A DNA stretch of 64,000 bases from Octopus vulgaris (GCA_951406725.2 OX597814.1:105586001-105650000); one strand, 5' to 3'. Positions 1 to 12,279 are shown, counted from the stretch's first letter. The notes: generated from the letters alone by a model not told the origin. Numbers and translations are program-made.

Positions 1-115
1 TTTATTAACCTGGTTTTGCACGAAATTCGAATGGTATCTCATGATTACTTTGAAACTGGAAGTTTTTATATCATAGAAGCAGGGATAGCCTGGGATGGGT
101 TATTTTTAAAAAGGG

Positions 116-475
116 TTTTATTCTTGTGTTTCATTCATTTGACTGCGGCCATGCTGGAGCACCGCCTTTAGCCAAACGAATCGGCCCCATGACTTATTCT
201 TTGTAAGCCTAGTACTTATTCTATCGGTTTCTACTAAGTTACGGAGACGTAAACACACCAACATCGGTTATCAAGCGATAGTAGGGGACAAACACAGACA
301 CACAAACATATGTATATATATGACGGTTTTTTTTTCAGTTTCCGTCTACCAAATCCACTCACAAGGCTTTGGTCGGCCCGAGGCTACAGAAGAAGACACT
401 AGCCCAAGGTGCCACGCAGTGAGACTAAACCTGGAACCATGTGGTTGGTAAGCAAGCTACTTACAACACAGCCAC
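116..475 (-). mobile_element. SINE family A (tRNA-derived, CORE-like), near full length
   Basis: Reverse complement of the head GTGGCTGTGT..GGTTCCAGGTT, the GCACCTTGGGC core, the central (TA/TG)n tract and the CAGCATGGCCGCAGTCAAATGA tail shared by many copies in the window. Confidence 0.9.
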
Positions 476-508
476 ATACACATACATTCATAAATACAGA
501 CATATGCA

Positions 509-588
<80 letters not shown>

Positions 589-935
589 AAGCTGTGAAAT
601 GTAGATTGAGGGAGATCTGGTCATTACTTCATGAGTACTAGGTACCTATTAGTACTTATGCTTAATGTTTATATATGAAAGCTTATCCAGTTTGGAACAG
701 GTTCTTGTCAGCCGAATTGTTAAATGACTCGACTTGCCTTTAAGTGTCCTCAACGGTAATAACGTAGCTCTTGGACTCAGACATTTGATGAGGTGGTACC
801 TACATCCATCAGAACATGGCTCTTCGAAGATAATCAGGGAACTGGAAAAAAAAAAAAAAGAAGAGTTCTTTGAAAAGATCGGTTTCTGTTCGTAAACTTC
901 GACCCTCTTAATCAGACAACGTCAGCGTGTCATTA

Positions 936-1020
936 CACTAATCCGTCGACCATCGCGAGTGTTACGTTCCAAAACCCTCCGCCATAGGTGAAAATCCGGG
1001 GAAATAGAAACAGTACAGTA

Positions 1021-1066
<46 letters not shown>

Positions 1067-1172
1067 ATTTTTATAATTTGTGTATATTTATTGTATTATA
1101 AATGAAAAACAACACCATAGAGGAATCGACATAAGCTTAAATAATAAACCGCGATAGGTGAACCGCGATACT
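936..1172. mobile_element. pogo/Tigger-like MITE, right end degraded or truncated at a SINE
   Basis: TA followed by CACTAATCCGTCGACCATCGCG, resembling a CAGT..CCTCG..ATCGCG TIR; repeated (C)CGCGATAGGTGAA subterminal motifs at both ends. Confidence 0.55.
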
Positions 1173-1380
1173 AAGGCGGTGAGCTGGCAGATTTGTTAGC
1201 ACGCTTAGCAGCATTTCGTCCGTCCTTTCCATTCCATTTCAAATTTCGCCGAGGTAGACTGTGCCTTTCGTCGTTTTCGGAGTCGTTGAAATAAGTACCA
1301 GTTGAACACTGGGGTCGATGTAATCGTCTTACCCCATCCCCCGAATTGCAGGCCTTGTGCCAATAATTTGAAACCATTAT
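1173..1380 (+). mobile_element. SINE family B monomer (tail type Y)
   Basis: AAGGCGGTGAGCTGGCAG head, TTCAAATTTCGCCGAGG B-box region, AAATAAGTACCAG central domain, CCTTGTGCCAATAATTTGAAACC tail. Confidence 0.85.
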
Positions 1381-2313
1381 TTTTATGTCGTTTCGTCCCC
1401 TAACGAGTTGGACGGGGATTCGAACTCTCGCTGTCAAAATCTGACGTTTTTATTTACCGCTGTTTGGATGTTAGTTTTTAGGATTTCGAAAGAGTTCTGT
1501 TTACAATGCAATAGATTTCCGTCGTGGCATTTGGACATTTATGGCATTGATTTCCTGTGTCAGAGGAAATCATGAGAGGAAATAACTGGCATTAAGATTT
1601 GTTTTAAACACTCGCCAATTAATTTATTCGCTTAGCTTCAGTATTTGTGTGGGTGAGTGGGGTGGGGTGGGGTGGGGTAGTATTTAATCAAGTATTTTTT
1701 TTTGTTTTCGTTTTCAATGTGGCTAGCTTAGTTCGAAACACAAACTATGAGTCTTCTATGTACCTTTACTATTTGTTGAATATTGCTGTCATCCGCCTGA
1801 CTGTTTGAACTGCGATAGTTTACTAAAGTCCTCCAATCAGTTACACCATAAGAAATACCGTTTCTAAAACGAAGACATTTAAAAGAACAGCTTCCATTAA
1901 TCTCAAACTTGTTACACACATACACACTCACACAGACACACGTATATATATGAATGCATATATCTATGTATAATGTGTTACAATGTAGCTATTTATTGCT
2001 ATATTTCTTGCATCAGGCATATTTCATGAGATGAAAGAATTCGTTTGATAAAAGCGATATTACATTAAAGAAACTTGTTAGGAACGGGAATGGTGGGGAT
2101 ATTAAATTCTTCACAGATTCAATTTTCGCAGTTTGGGCGTTGTTAGTTCCATTTCTAATGAAAATTGACGACCGAAAACGTGGAATATTCCAGTAATTTC
2201 TTTACTGACACCCAACTCCCCTTCCCCAGCAAACGATCTAGACTTGAGATAGTCTCTTTCAACTCCAACTTTCCATTACACTTTATTTTATGAAATAAGC
2301 TACAGACATACAG

Positions 2314-2504
2314 ACAGACATTCATACATGTGTGTGAGGGTGAGAGAACCGAAATTGAATTGAGCGTTACCTATCAGTCAGATGAGGTCAAATTTTGACC
2401 TGTGACAGATATTGGATTGCATCTCTTTCCTTCTCTTTTTCTACCACACACACACACACACGCATACACACATACACACATACACACACACACATACACA
2501 CATA

Positions 2505-2543
<39 letters not shown>

Positions 2544-3074
2544 CACTGTAGTTCGATGGAGAAATAGAACTCAATCAATATTATCAAGATTATATGTGTT
2601 TTTATTTCTGTTGCCAACGGCAGAGTGGTTAGAACGCCGCAAAGATTGCTTTGCGTTCCGGATTTCTATGTTCCGGGTTCAACTCCTACCAAGATCAATT
2701 TTGTATTTCGTCCTTTCAGGGTTGATAAAATATAACACGATTCAAGTGCTGGGATCGATTCTTCTCTTTCTCTCACTTTTTATATTTGTCTGACATTGTC
2801 GATTTCTGGAAGAGACTGGACAGGAATAATGAGTTCCCATATCTAAACATGCCCAAGACATGCCGTATGCTAGGAGGGCGCCCTCTACCGCTACATAAAC
2901 GAATTAAGGACCCATAGCTTGGCATGGGATATTTTTCAGTCACTTGAATAGTTTTACAGATTACTAAATAAACACATACAGACATTCATACATGTGTGTG
3001 AATGTAAGAGAACTGAAATTGAATTGAGCGTTACCTACCTGTCAGACGAGGTCAAATTTTGTTCTGTGACAGAT
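2314..3074. repeat. Local direct duplication of about 97 bp (2314-2410 and 2978-3074)
   Basis: Both copies read ACAGACATTCATACATGTGTGTG..GAAATTGAATTGAGCGTTACCTA..GAGGTCAAATTTTG..CTGTGACAGAT. Confidence 0.9.
2613..2760 (+). mobile_element. Degenerate SINE family B-related copy
   Basis: GGCAGAGTGGTTAG A-box, GGTTCAACTCC B-box, TCCTTTCAGGGTTGATAAAAT central domain. Confidence 0.6.
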
Positions 3075-3075
3075 T

Positions 3076-3117
<42 letters not shown>

Positions 3118-3358
3118 CCCTCCTACTTTTAATTATTTGAAATCATCCTGTAAGTAAGTAGTTGGTTTCTAACAAAGATACAAATCTCCATCGTTGGAAT
3201 GAATATATTTAAAAGCATGTAATGTATGTTTGTAGGCATCTACTTTTATGTACGTGTTTTTCTTTGAGTTTTATTTAAATTCTTCTCGAAGAAAGTCCAA
3301 GTCGGTTGCTATCAAAGTGACAAGACTTTTTTTTTAGTTAAGAGAGTTCCTGGTATTT

Positions 3359-3629
3359 ACATTATTTACATTTGACGGGTATTTGTCCTCATCTTGTTTG
3401 TTGTTAGCACAACGTTTCGGCTGATATATCTTCCAGCCTTCATCAGGTGTCTTGGGGAAATTTTGAACCTGGGTCCTCATTCCTAAGGTTTGAAATTTCC
3501 CCAAGACACCTAACGAAGGCTGGAGGGTATATCAGCCGAAACGTTGTGCTAACAAACAAGATGAGTTCAAATAACCGTTAAATGTAAATAATGTACATAA
3601 TTCCTCATCTCTTAAATATAGAACTGTAT
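3359..3629. mobile_element. Penelope-like (PLE) fold-back 3'-terminal insertion with hammerhead motifs
   Basis: Inverted arms about 3358-3470 and 3486-3595; about 34-nt tail on one arm only; 12-bp TSD TTCCTGGTATTT at 3347-3358 and 3630-3641; a hammerhead motif in each arm. Confidence 0.8.
3406..3451 (-). ncRNA. Minimal type I hammerhead ribozyme with intact core
   Basis: Minus strand reads GACAC-CTGATGA-A-GGCTG(gaagatatat)CAGCC-GAAAC-GTT-GTGCT: stem I, CUGAUGA box, 5-bp stem II, GAAA, palindromic AACGUU stem III and a GUU cleavage triplet. Confidence 0.75.
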
Positions 3630-3967
3630 TTCCTGGTATTTGTTGATATGTGGCTGAGCTGGTGTTGGTTGATCTTTTTAACTAATCTCTGATGGATAAT
3701 CTTTAGAATGTCTTACAAATCTTCGCTGCGCCACTAATAGATTGGATTTGCAGAATCCGCATTAGTCTCTTTTGCTCTCTCTTTGGAAATTCCAGTACTC
3801 TTAGTATTATTTGCGCAAATTTGGAGCTTCATAGCCGAATGCATTTATGATGATAGGTGCAAATGAGAGCTTATGGTCAGGGTGCAAAGAGCTGTAAGTC
3901 CCGCATTAATTCACCATAAATGTTCTTTTCTTTTTTTTCTGGACTTTTGTTTGTACATTCACTTCTA

Positions 3968-4266
3968 ATCACATGGTTCCAGGTTCAGTGCCACTGCATG
4001 GCACCTTGGGCAAGTGTCTTCTACTATAGCCTCGGGCCAACCTTTTGAGTGGATTTGGTAGACGGAAACTGAAAGAAGCTTGTCGTATATATATGTGTGT
4101 GTGTGTGTCCCTTTGAGCCCCCTCCATCGCTTGACAACTGATGCAGATGTGTCTACGTCTCCGTAACTTAGCAGTTCAGCAAAAGAGACCGATAGAATAA
4201 GTACTAGGCTTACAAAGAATAAGTCATGCATGGTTGCAGTCAAATGACTGAAACAAATAAAAGAAC
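3968..4266 (+). mobile_element. SINE family A, 5'-truncated and internally deleted
   Basis: CATGGTTCCAGGTTCAGTGCCACTGCATGGCACCTTGGGCAAGTG..GCAGTCAAATGACTGAAACAA. Confidence 0.9.
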
Positions 4267-4485
4267 CCATTTGGCTGCTAATCCCTACAGCAGTTCATGA
4301 TTTTTGTTCCCTCCCACAGAACAATATTAGGTCTGTTTTATATATATATATATGTGCGTGTGTGTGTTATAACTTATTCTGGCCAATACAAGTATTCCAG
4401 TTAGAATCGTAAATACTTATATATTCTTAGATCTCCGTAATTAATGGATAATTAAAGTATGAATTAGGAGTGACATGTAGAATTT

Positions 4486-4688
4486 GGTGGAATGACAGAA
4501 TAGGTAGATCATCGCACAATATGCTTTGTCTTAATTTAGGCTTACCAATATTCTGAGTTCAAATCCCATCGTGATCTTCTTTACCTTTCATTCTCCTGAG
4601 TTCGATAAAATAACCCTGTTACTGGAGTACCACTAGGTTCTACCCTCCGCTCCTCCGAAATGTCTGGTCTGTTGCCAACGTAAGAAAC
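4486..4688 (+). mobile_element. Degenerate SINE family B
   Basis: TTCTGAGTTCAAATCCC..CCTTTCATTCTCCTGAGTTCGATAAAATAA. Confidence 0.55.
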
Positions 4689-5014
4689 TGCTATATTTCT
4701 TTCATAGAGCTATTTTAATCATCTTAATTAACTAATTAGTGATGAAAGTTCCATCAATTATTGAAGTATTTGGACAATTAATTAAGAAGCTAATTTTTGT
4801 AGAGATAATGATAGCTAAATGAACAGAGCAGAATATATTACTGGTATTTAATTTATCAGCCATATTCTATTGACTGTCTTATTCAGCTACAGGATCAGTG
4901 GTCTTCGGAATGAAAACGAGTTTCTTTGGAGTAAAAACAAATATCTATGTGGGATTTGATCTCCGAACTGCTTGACACGAAGTTACATACTACAAAACAT
5001 TTAATACATCATAA

Positions 5015-5225
5015 GACCGGTGTTGAACCCGGTTTCCAAAGCATATCAATAACTGAGATTACAGCACACCCTCCTGAACGGGACGCCTGCGCATCGTAAG
5101 GTTAACTTCCCAGCAGTCGGTGCGACCCATTTACGGCTGAGTGGACTGGAGCAACGTGAAATAAAGTGTTTTGCTCAAGAACGCAGCGCACCGCCCAGCC
5201 CGGGAATTGAAATCACGATCTCTAC
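5015..5225 (-). mobile_element. SINE family C (CORE/V-like central domain)
   Basis: Minus strand B-box GATTTCAATTCCC, TTCTTGAGCAAAACACTTTATTTCACGTTGCTCCAGTCCACTCAGC core, and CGATGCGCAGGCGTCCCGTTCAGG..GAAACCGGG tail. Confidence 0.7.
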
Positions 5226-6748
5226 CTTCACACTTTCACACAAGACTTTTAACTAAAATACTCCAAAGATTGGTTCTACTATGGTGAGATTCGATCTCTG
5301 AACCTCGAAAAAAGGAGATTGAATACTGCAAGATACCGAGTCGGATGCTCCACTGACTTTGCTACCTTGCTTCTACCGAAATATCAGTAACATTTTATTG
5401 CAAGTTTATTTAGAAGATCGGAATCACTTGACAGAAATATTCTTTTAATTCTATTTCTTTAATTCAACGTTATCCCAACATCTTTCCCACCACGACCATC
5501 CCCTCCTTCTCATCCTCGATGGCAATCAAACAAGTTCTTTTCAATATTAACAAATAAAAATCAACTTTTACAAAAAAAAAAAAGAACAAACTGGGAAACA
5601 GAAAAAACAAAACAAACAAACAAAACTTGAAGAATCTATAGAAAAACGACGCAGAGGAATGCTCACATGCGAGAAACAAGCAGAAGGAAAGGGGTGGAGA
5701 TGGCGGCGGGGGGAGTTTGCCAAATAAAAACGGAGAAGAAAAGAAAAAGAACAAAACAAAAAGCAAAAACAAAAAAGAGAAATGAATTATAGTCTGAATA
5801 TGGTTTTTTTTGTTTTATTTTTCGTTATTTAATTGTTGTTTTTTTTCTTTTTTTTTTGTATTGAGTGTTTTCTTTGTAATGAACCGCCAAACTAAAAGTT
5901 AATTTCTTGTCATGACGATATCGCGAAGAGATGTCTCAGAGAATTTGGCTTTTTACGACATTTAATTCCTTCACTCCTCTCACTGCTACTCTGGCTTCTG
6001 CTGCTGTTGTTGTTGTTGCTGTTGTTTCTAAAATTCTTTAGGACAGAAATTCGTTTTCTCTTCGTCTCCTTCTTCATACAAGAGAGTACGATTAATTAAA
6101 TAAAATCAACTGAGAAATTCATGAGACAACAGCAGCGGCACTTCTAATTATTTTATCACTCATGCCGCTCTTCCCCACTACCACCACCACCACCACCACC
6201 ACCACTGTGGAATTAAACAGTATGTTTTATAAAGAAAGGTTGCATAAGAACGATAGCATTTATACCAAGTTGCCATTTTAATAGTTTTAAATTTAAATTT
6301 TATTAAATTGAAGAAAAAGAGTGTGTGTATATATGTATGTAGGAATTCGCCTTTATGCGTTTGAGCACACACCATATTTTGCGGTATATGGGACTCCTGC
6401 CGCCCCGTGAAACTCCGGATTCTATATGCGAAGTTAAGCCACGAATTTTGTCCCTGCTGCTCATTTCCTTCTGATTATACTCAGCAGAAAGTAGGGTACG
6501 TCAAGTTTTGCCCTTGTCTCTTCTATCCTATCAAACACAGTATTTGTGTTTGCGAGATGTACATACGCACACACTGGGTTTATACATTGAAATTGTCTTT
6601 TGTTTATTTATTCAACAGTGAAAATACATGTTATCATAATCAGTTTAAAACCTGTCTTATGACTTAGACACATTTTGAAGAGATGTCTTCGAAACCTTTA
6701 TAGGAATTCCATATATATATATAAACAGAAACCTGTGTAAGACGTGTC

Positions 6749-6784
<36 letters not shown>

Positions 6785-6899
6785 TTTACTAAAGTATCAG
6801 TGACGTCATTACAAAAACGCATTAATAACCTTCGGATTTCATTAGCTTATTTCTCATTGATGAGGTTGAAATGGTGGTTACCAAAGCTATGATGTAATT

Positions 6900-7340
6900 A
6901 TTGTTGTTTAACCCCAGGTCAAACCTAATTGTGCAAACCTGTTACCAACGATTGCTCCGGAAATGACCATTCTATCTGTTGAGAGAGTTCTAGATCTAAA
7001 TTATCTCTATTCTTCCCCTTCTTACGACAGTAAGCTGCAATTTGTGGAATATTTGGTTGCTATTTCTTACAGGATCAACTTGCAAGGAATAGCAACCACA
7101 TTGAACCAACGGGGGTGGGGGATCTCCCCTTGTCTTCGATATATTTTTGTTGCTCAGCCGTTGGTCGCCTCATGATTGAGTGGTCTTATTATAACAAAAG
7201 TTGTTCTATCCGTGAACATCCCGTCCTTTTTTAAAACAGTGACTACATAGTCCAACGTATCCGTCATTTAAGACCCTAGATAGTGTATGATTCGATAAAG
7301 GTTTGGCTGTTTTTTCTAGCAGGTGGATTATCCCCGTAAA
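6900..7340 (+). repeat. Two degenerate copies of an old dispersed repeat
   Basis: Motif (G)ATTTGG(C/T)TGCT(A)TTTCT(T)A(G)CAGG recurs at about 7051 and 7301 and also near 9101, 25831, 29681 and 45981, and inverted near 9645 and 33115; often preceded by GTTGTTTA(A/G)CCCCAGGTCA. Confidence 0.6.
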
Positions 7341-8879
7341 GGTTCCTTCGCACCCGCTCCGATAATCAGTCTCACTTCCAAATGTATTTTCGGATGTAAA
7401 GCGAAAGCTGTTGGTTAAGAAAGGTTAGCAGGAAGGAAAGTTGAGCGTGCCGAGGTCCATAGTAAACTCGACACAAACTGTTGTTGAGAAAATTTAGTCA
7501 AGATGGGTTCGAAAGAGACGGAAGGAAAATCGTTATATGTAAGAACAATAACGAAGGTGAATCGCTAACAAATTCTAACGGCATTGGCCATTAATTATAG
7601 GAGGAATATTTATTAAAAATATAATAGAAACGATAGTTTCTACCTGAGATGGGTTATTAACGGAATATAATCTCAAAACTAACGCAGGAAAAAAAAAACC
7701 TGAAGCTTTTGCGTTAATTCTTGTAAAATCTGGTGCGGATTAGATGAAAGAATGATGTCTTAAGAGAGGCTTGAAAAAATGAAATCCAGCTGTGCACGGA
7801 TTAGTTGGTGGCGTGTTAGGTTTTACGGCAGACATGACACTTCTACGATATTTATGTAAGACGTTAAGCAAATGAAACTCAGTTTTAGGATATTATTTGG
7901 AGTGGAAACAGAAGGGCGACGGGGGGAGCGCTGTTAGTTTTAGTCAAAGTGTTTGTTCTGTGTAATGGTTTTTAGTGTAAACCGAAACCCTAACCGAAAA
8001 GGTGTGTAGCTTTAACCTTTAATCCCAACAGGCTTACTGTTTTTTTTTCTACAACGACTCGATTAAAAAAAAAATTTCAAAGAGCAAAATTCAAAGAGAA
8101 AAGAAAAACAAAAAGAAACCCCTAAAACCCAAACGTTCTTGTATGTTTTAGGAGCATCTTTGAAGAAGTGTAGCGTCCTTTAGATGATGTTTGGTAGAGG
8201 TGGGGAGAGGGGGAGAAACGGGGCAGATGTGTGTGGTTGCGAGGGAATGTGTGTGGACAAGTGTGTGTGTGTGTGTGCATAAGGAGAGAGGGACGGGGTA
8301 GGCAAACAGACAGACGTAAGTTAGACAAAATGAAGGAGAAAGTCAGGTAGACGAAGGGGGACAGACAGACTGATAGGGAAGATAGATAGATAGATAGGGA
8401 AGATAGAGAGATTGATAAATAGATAGAGAGAGTGTGTGTGTGTGTGTGTGTGAAAGTGAGAGATGGCGAGGGTGTTTGGTCGTCTGCTACAAATCTTGTG
8501 ATGTTCGCGTGAGGAGGGTGTTTCCATATGTAAACTAATATTTTTCTTACCCAAAATAATCAGAAAGTCTCTTTATATTCTTCATTAAGTTCTTACCAAT
8601 GAATCACTTTATTCTACCGACGCTGCACACTGACAGCTTCTGTAGCCAACAACAACAACAACAACAACATACTATGTCAAATCTTGCTACCATCTTATTT
8701 TAGGTGGTGGGGAATAACTTTAGAATGGTAGAAACTAAATTTGGGATGGGGTTTATAAGTCTTCGAGGAATTATGAAATAGCTGTAGTAGTTTAGTTCTC
8801 ATGTCTGCTCTGAGCAAAACTATAATTTAAAGGCAATCCGCCATTTTGGCCATTTTGCATTTTTTCAGGGTACCTCAGC

Positions 8880-9038
8880 CAGCGGTTGTCAGCCTTTTTA
8901 ATACCCGGACCAAATCCAAGACCCATATTTTTTTAAGGGGTCGAACAGTAAAACACAAGTCAAAGAAAAATTTGTTTATTTGTCGGGGGTCGCTGTAAGA
9001 ATGGTTGAGGCCTTGGAAGCTGCGGTTGAGAATCGCTG
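8880..9038. mobile_element. hAT-Charlie-like MITE
   Basis: Imperfect TIRs CAGCGGTTGTCAGCC / GGTTGAGAATCGCTG (CAGCGGTTCTCAACC type); TSD not clear. Confidence 0.6.
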
Positions 9039-10169
9039 ATCCAGGATGACAATATCTAACGTGTCTTACCCATTTTAAGTCGGTGTTTAATTTATAATAG
9101 ATTTGGCTGGCTGTTATGATTAGCAGGTCTAGTGACCTACATGAAGGGGGTCTGTCTGAGGCTTGTTATGGTTCTGCCCTCGTACATTTAATTACGAGAT
9201 TTCTATCACTAAAATACCAATTCTTTTCTATGGAATTTTTTTTCATTTTTAGTCAATTTATTAACAAGATAGTATGTAAGTAACTATAAGCTGTGTGACA
9301 GTGGCGGTGGGGTTCCTTAAGAGAGCTGTGTTAAAGGTTTTGCCCAAGGAACAAAGAAGTGTTGTTCTTTGTGCGCAGTGTAATACGAACGCACAGCCTA
9401 CCTGTTAATGCATTTTATAAAAGATAATGTCTTCTGATTGTTCCATAACCTTTGTTCCTGTGGTTTGGATAAGCAAAACAATCCTACTGTTTTCAAGGCG
9501 CTATAATCCTGTAATACATTTACATAGCTATTTTACTGTTATTCCTACAAAACCAACATTCACTGTTCAAACCTGCATTTCTTCATTTTATCCAAGCATG
9601 CACCAGAGAGCAAGTCTCAGTGCAGTCGTTTAGGCAGAGGGAAATAACAACCAAATCGCCCTCAAATCATCTTGAATAAAGAAAGGGACATTGGACAATA
9701 TAATTCCGGATGTATATATATATAAAGGTGTGGCGGTCACGGATGAAACTACTTCGACCACCACCACCAACAACAACAACAGCTATAATATCATCAGTTA
9801 AGAAAGCCACCGAACCTTTGTGAGGTCGATCAAGTGTATTGCTAGCTGCGAGATGGATTTCACACTATATGTAAAGAACCTTTGAAAAATCCAGTTTTAT
9901 TTTCTTGGGTTTCGATCGAAAAGAACCGAAAGTAATGAGGTTAGTGAATCCTTTAGGATTCTAGAAGAAGAGCGAAGTTAGATCGATCGGTCAATAAGTT
10001 TCTGTCTAACGAATGACTCACATGTTTATAGATGACTGACGAAATAACGGACAACAACGAGATACAAATTGATTTAAAGATCTCTTTCGATATCCTGAAC
10101 GGATATTACGTAATTCATGTATGTAGAATTACACACACGCGCGCGCACGCACATCTCTCTCTCTCTCTC

Positions 10170-10201
<32 letters not shown>

Positions 10202-10205
<4 letters not shown>

Positions 10206-10743
10206 GGGGTTAGTCAAAAAGTTATGCCATTTTGTTTAGGACAGGTATAATTACCAACACACAAACATGAATCATACATCAAAAGGAAGCTGGTCCTCTG
10301 TGGATCACATCCCTACTTCTCAACATAGTCACCGTTTTTCTCAATAGCAATGTTCCACCTTCGAAAGAGAGCATGTATCCCTGCCCCGTAAAATTCTGTT
10401 GACTGTTCTTTGAGCCATTTCTTCACTACAGTTTTCACTTCGTCATCACTGGGTTATCATCTCTTCGGCCCCATGAAAGAGGGTTTGAGAAGCAAACATT
10501 ATTCCAGTGAGGAGAAAGTGAAAACTGTAGTGAAGAAGTGGCTCAAAGAACAGTCAACAGAATTTTATGGGGCAGGGATACATGCTCATTCGAAGGTGGA
10601 ATATTGAGAGAAACGGTGACTACGTTGAGAAGTAGGGATGTGATCCACAGAGAACCAACTTCATTTTGATGTATGATACATATTTGTGTGTTGGTAATTA
10701 TACCTGTCCTAAACAAAATGGCATTACTTTTTGACTCACCCTC

Positions 10744-10744
<1 letters not shown>
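10202..10744. mobile_element. Mariner-derived fold-back element made of two inverted 3' ends
   Basis: TIR (C/T)GAGGG(G/T)..AGTCAAAAAGT(A/T)ATGCC within (TA)n; arms 10202-10452 and 10504-10744; the right half encodes the mariner transposase C-terminus YHLFGPMKEGLRSKHY..VKKWLKEQSTEFY..GI..NGDYVEK*. Confidence 0.9.
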
Positions 10745-10785
<41 letters not shown>

Positions 10786-10789
10786 GGGG

Positions 10790-10953
10790 GGGGAGAATTC
10801 ACAAAAAACAAACAAACAAGAGACGGAGACAGGTGCTGTAGAAAAGAAACAGATATATTAGTATAACGCTCGGGAAGTGAAAAAGTTTTTAAAATTTCAA
10901 GCCTACGCTCATCCACAGAAAGGAACACACAAAGAAACAAGGAGAGAAAATAC
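10790..10953 (-). mobile_element. PLE-like terminal fragment, family 2, with a variant hammerhead-like motif
   Basis: Homologous to 22930-23080; minus strand reads CTTT-CTGTGGA-T-GAGC(GTAG)GCTT-GAAAT-TTT-AAAA; flanked by (TA)n. Confidence 0.55.
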
Positions 10954-12048
10954 CAGTTTAGAAACTATAATATATATATATATGTGTGTGTGTGTATGTG
11001 TGTGTGTGTGCGTATCCTGTTTTCTTACAGCGTGTACACATTATGTCTGGATGTATAAGTAAGCTATTATTCCTGTTTGTGCATATTGCCGTTATATCAG
11101 TCAGGTTTCATGTTGAAATGAGCGACTTGGTTCTTGTGGGTTAGTGTCGGGTGCTGGGTGTGTCCACGTTTCTATATATCCGAATTGTGTTTCCATATTT
11201 CGGATTCTTCTAAAAAGATATAGATTTCCAAGGAACCAAATGTTTCATGTTTTTCTATCTCTCTTCGTTTCTGAGTTCATTCGATTTTTCTCCAGGCTTA
11301 GATTTAATATTTTTATCAGTGAAAATCTGCGCCGCGTCGGGCTCTGTGACCGTTGGTAGAATCTTCCAGAATGGAGAGACCGATGATGTTGTAGGCGAAA
11401 GTGTGAAGAAGGGAAACTATGAAAGGAGTTCCAAAGGAGGCAAGATTGATTAAAGTATTTCCTGGTGCATCTGGGAGGCAAGACAAGGGACTTAAGCAGA
11501 ATTGAATGCCGCAAGATGGCTCAGTAGAACAGAGGCCATTGTAATTGAGATAGGGGAAGGATATGGGCCATTGTGTGTGTCAGTGTGTGTAGATCCTAGT
11601 AAACACTCCTTCGTACTCAGTGTACAAAATATAGTAAGTATACATTAGTTTCCGCCAGGACATCTTTTCAATATCTTTTCAACATATTGAACAGATGTGT
11701 GTGATTGTATGTGTGTGTGTCCGTTTATTTGCAACGGTTTGGACAAAGCAACTGAATCTATTTCAAAGGAAACCATTTCTTTAGACCTGAATGTTTCGCA
11801 GATTCTAGGAAGAAAGAAAGAAATTCTTCACATTCAAAGCAGAAACGCTGTTATTCTTTTACAATTTTCAATTATATTTCCTTCTTTATTTCTGTCAAAT
11901 CATTGTTGCTGCTGCTGTTGTTGTTGTTGTTGTTGTTGTTCAACTTGTTGTAATTGAAACATTGTGAGAATTACAGACGGTATTTTCTTCATTATGTGTC
12001 ATTAAAATCTTCAGAATTCATTGGAAGCCATCATTGTTGTTGTAGTTG

Positions 12049-12094
<46 letters not shown>

Positions 12095-12279
12095 GCTTTT
12101 GCTGTTGTTGATGTTAACACAAACGAAATTCGATTTTTCTTTGATATCTTCTTGTCTTTCGAAATGCCAATCATATGATGTAATTTTTTCCCCCAAATTT
12201 CTCTCCCTCCTCCCTTCTCTCTATTTCTTTGCTCTTTTCCTCTCCTCCTCTTTCATTTGCTTACATCATGCTCTCTCTT

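Noticed and set aside
11360-11520. Possible Jockey/Crack LINE C-terminal remnant (..CLLWNSF..)
   Set aside because: Too degenerate to call by eye
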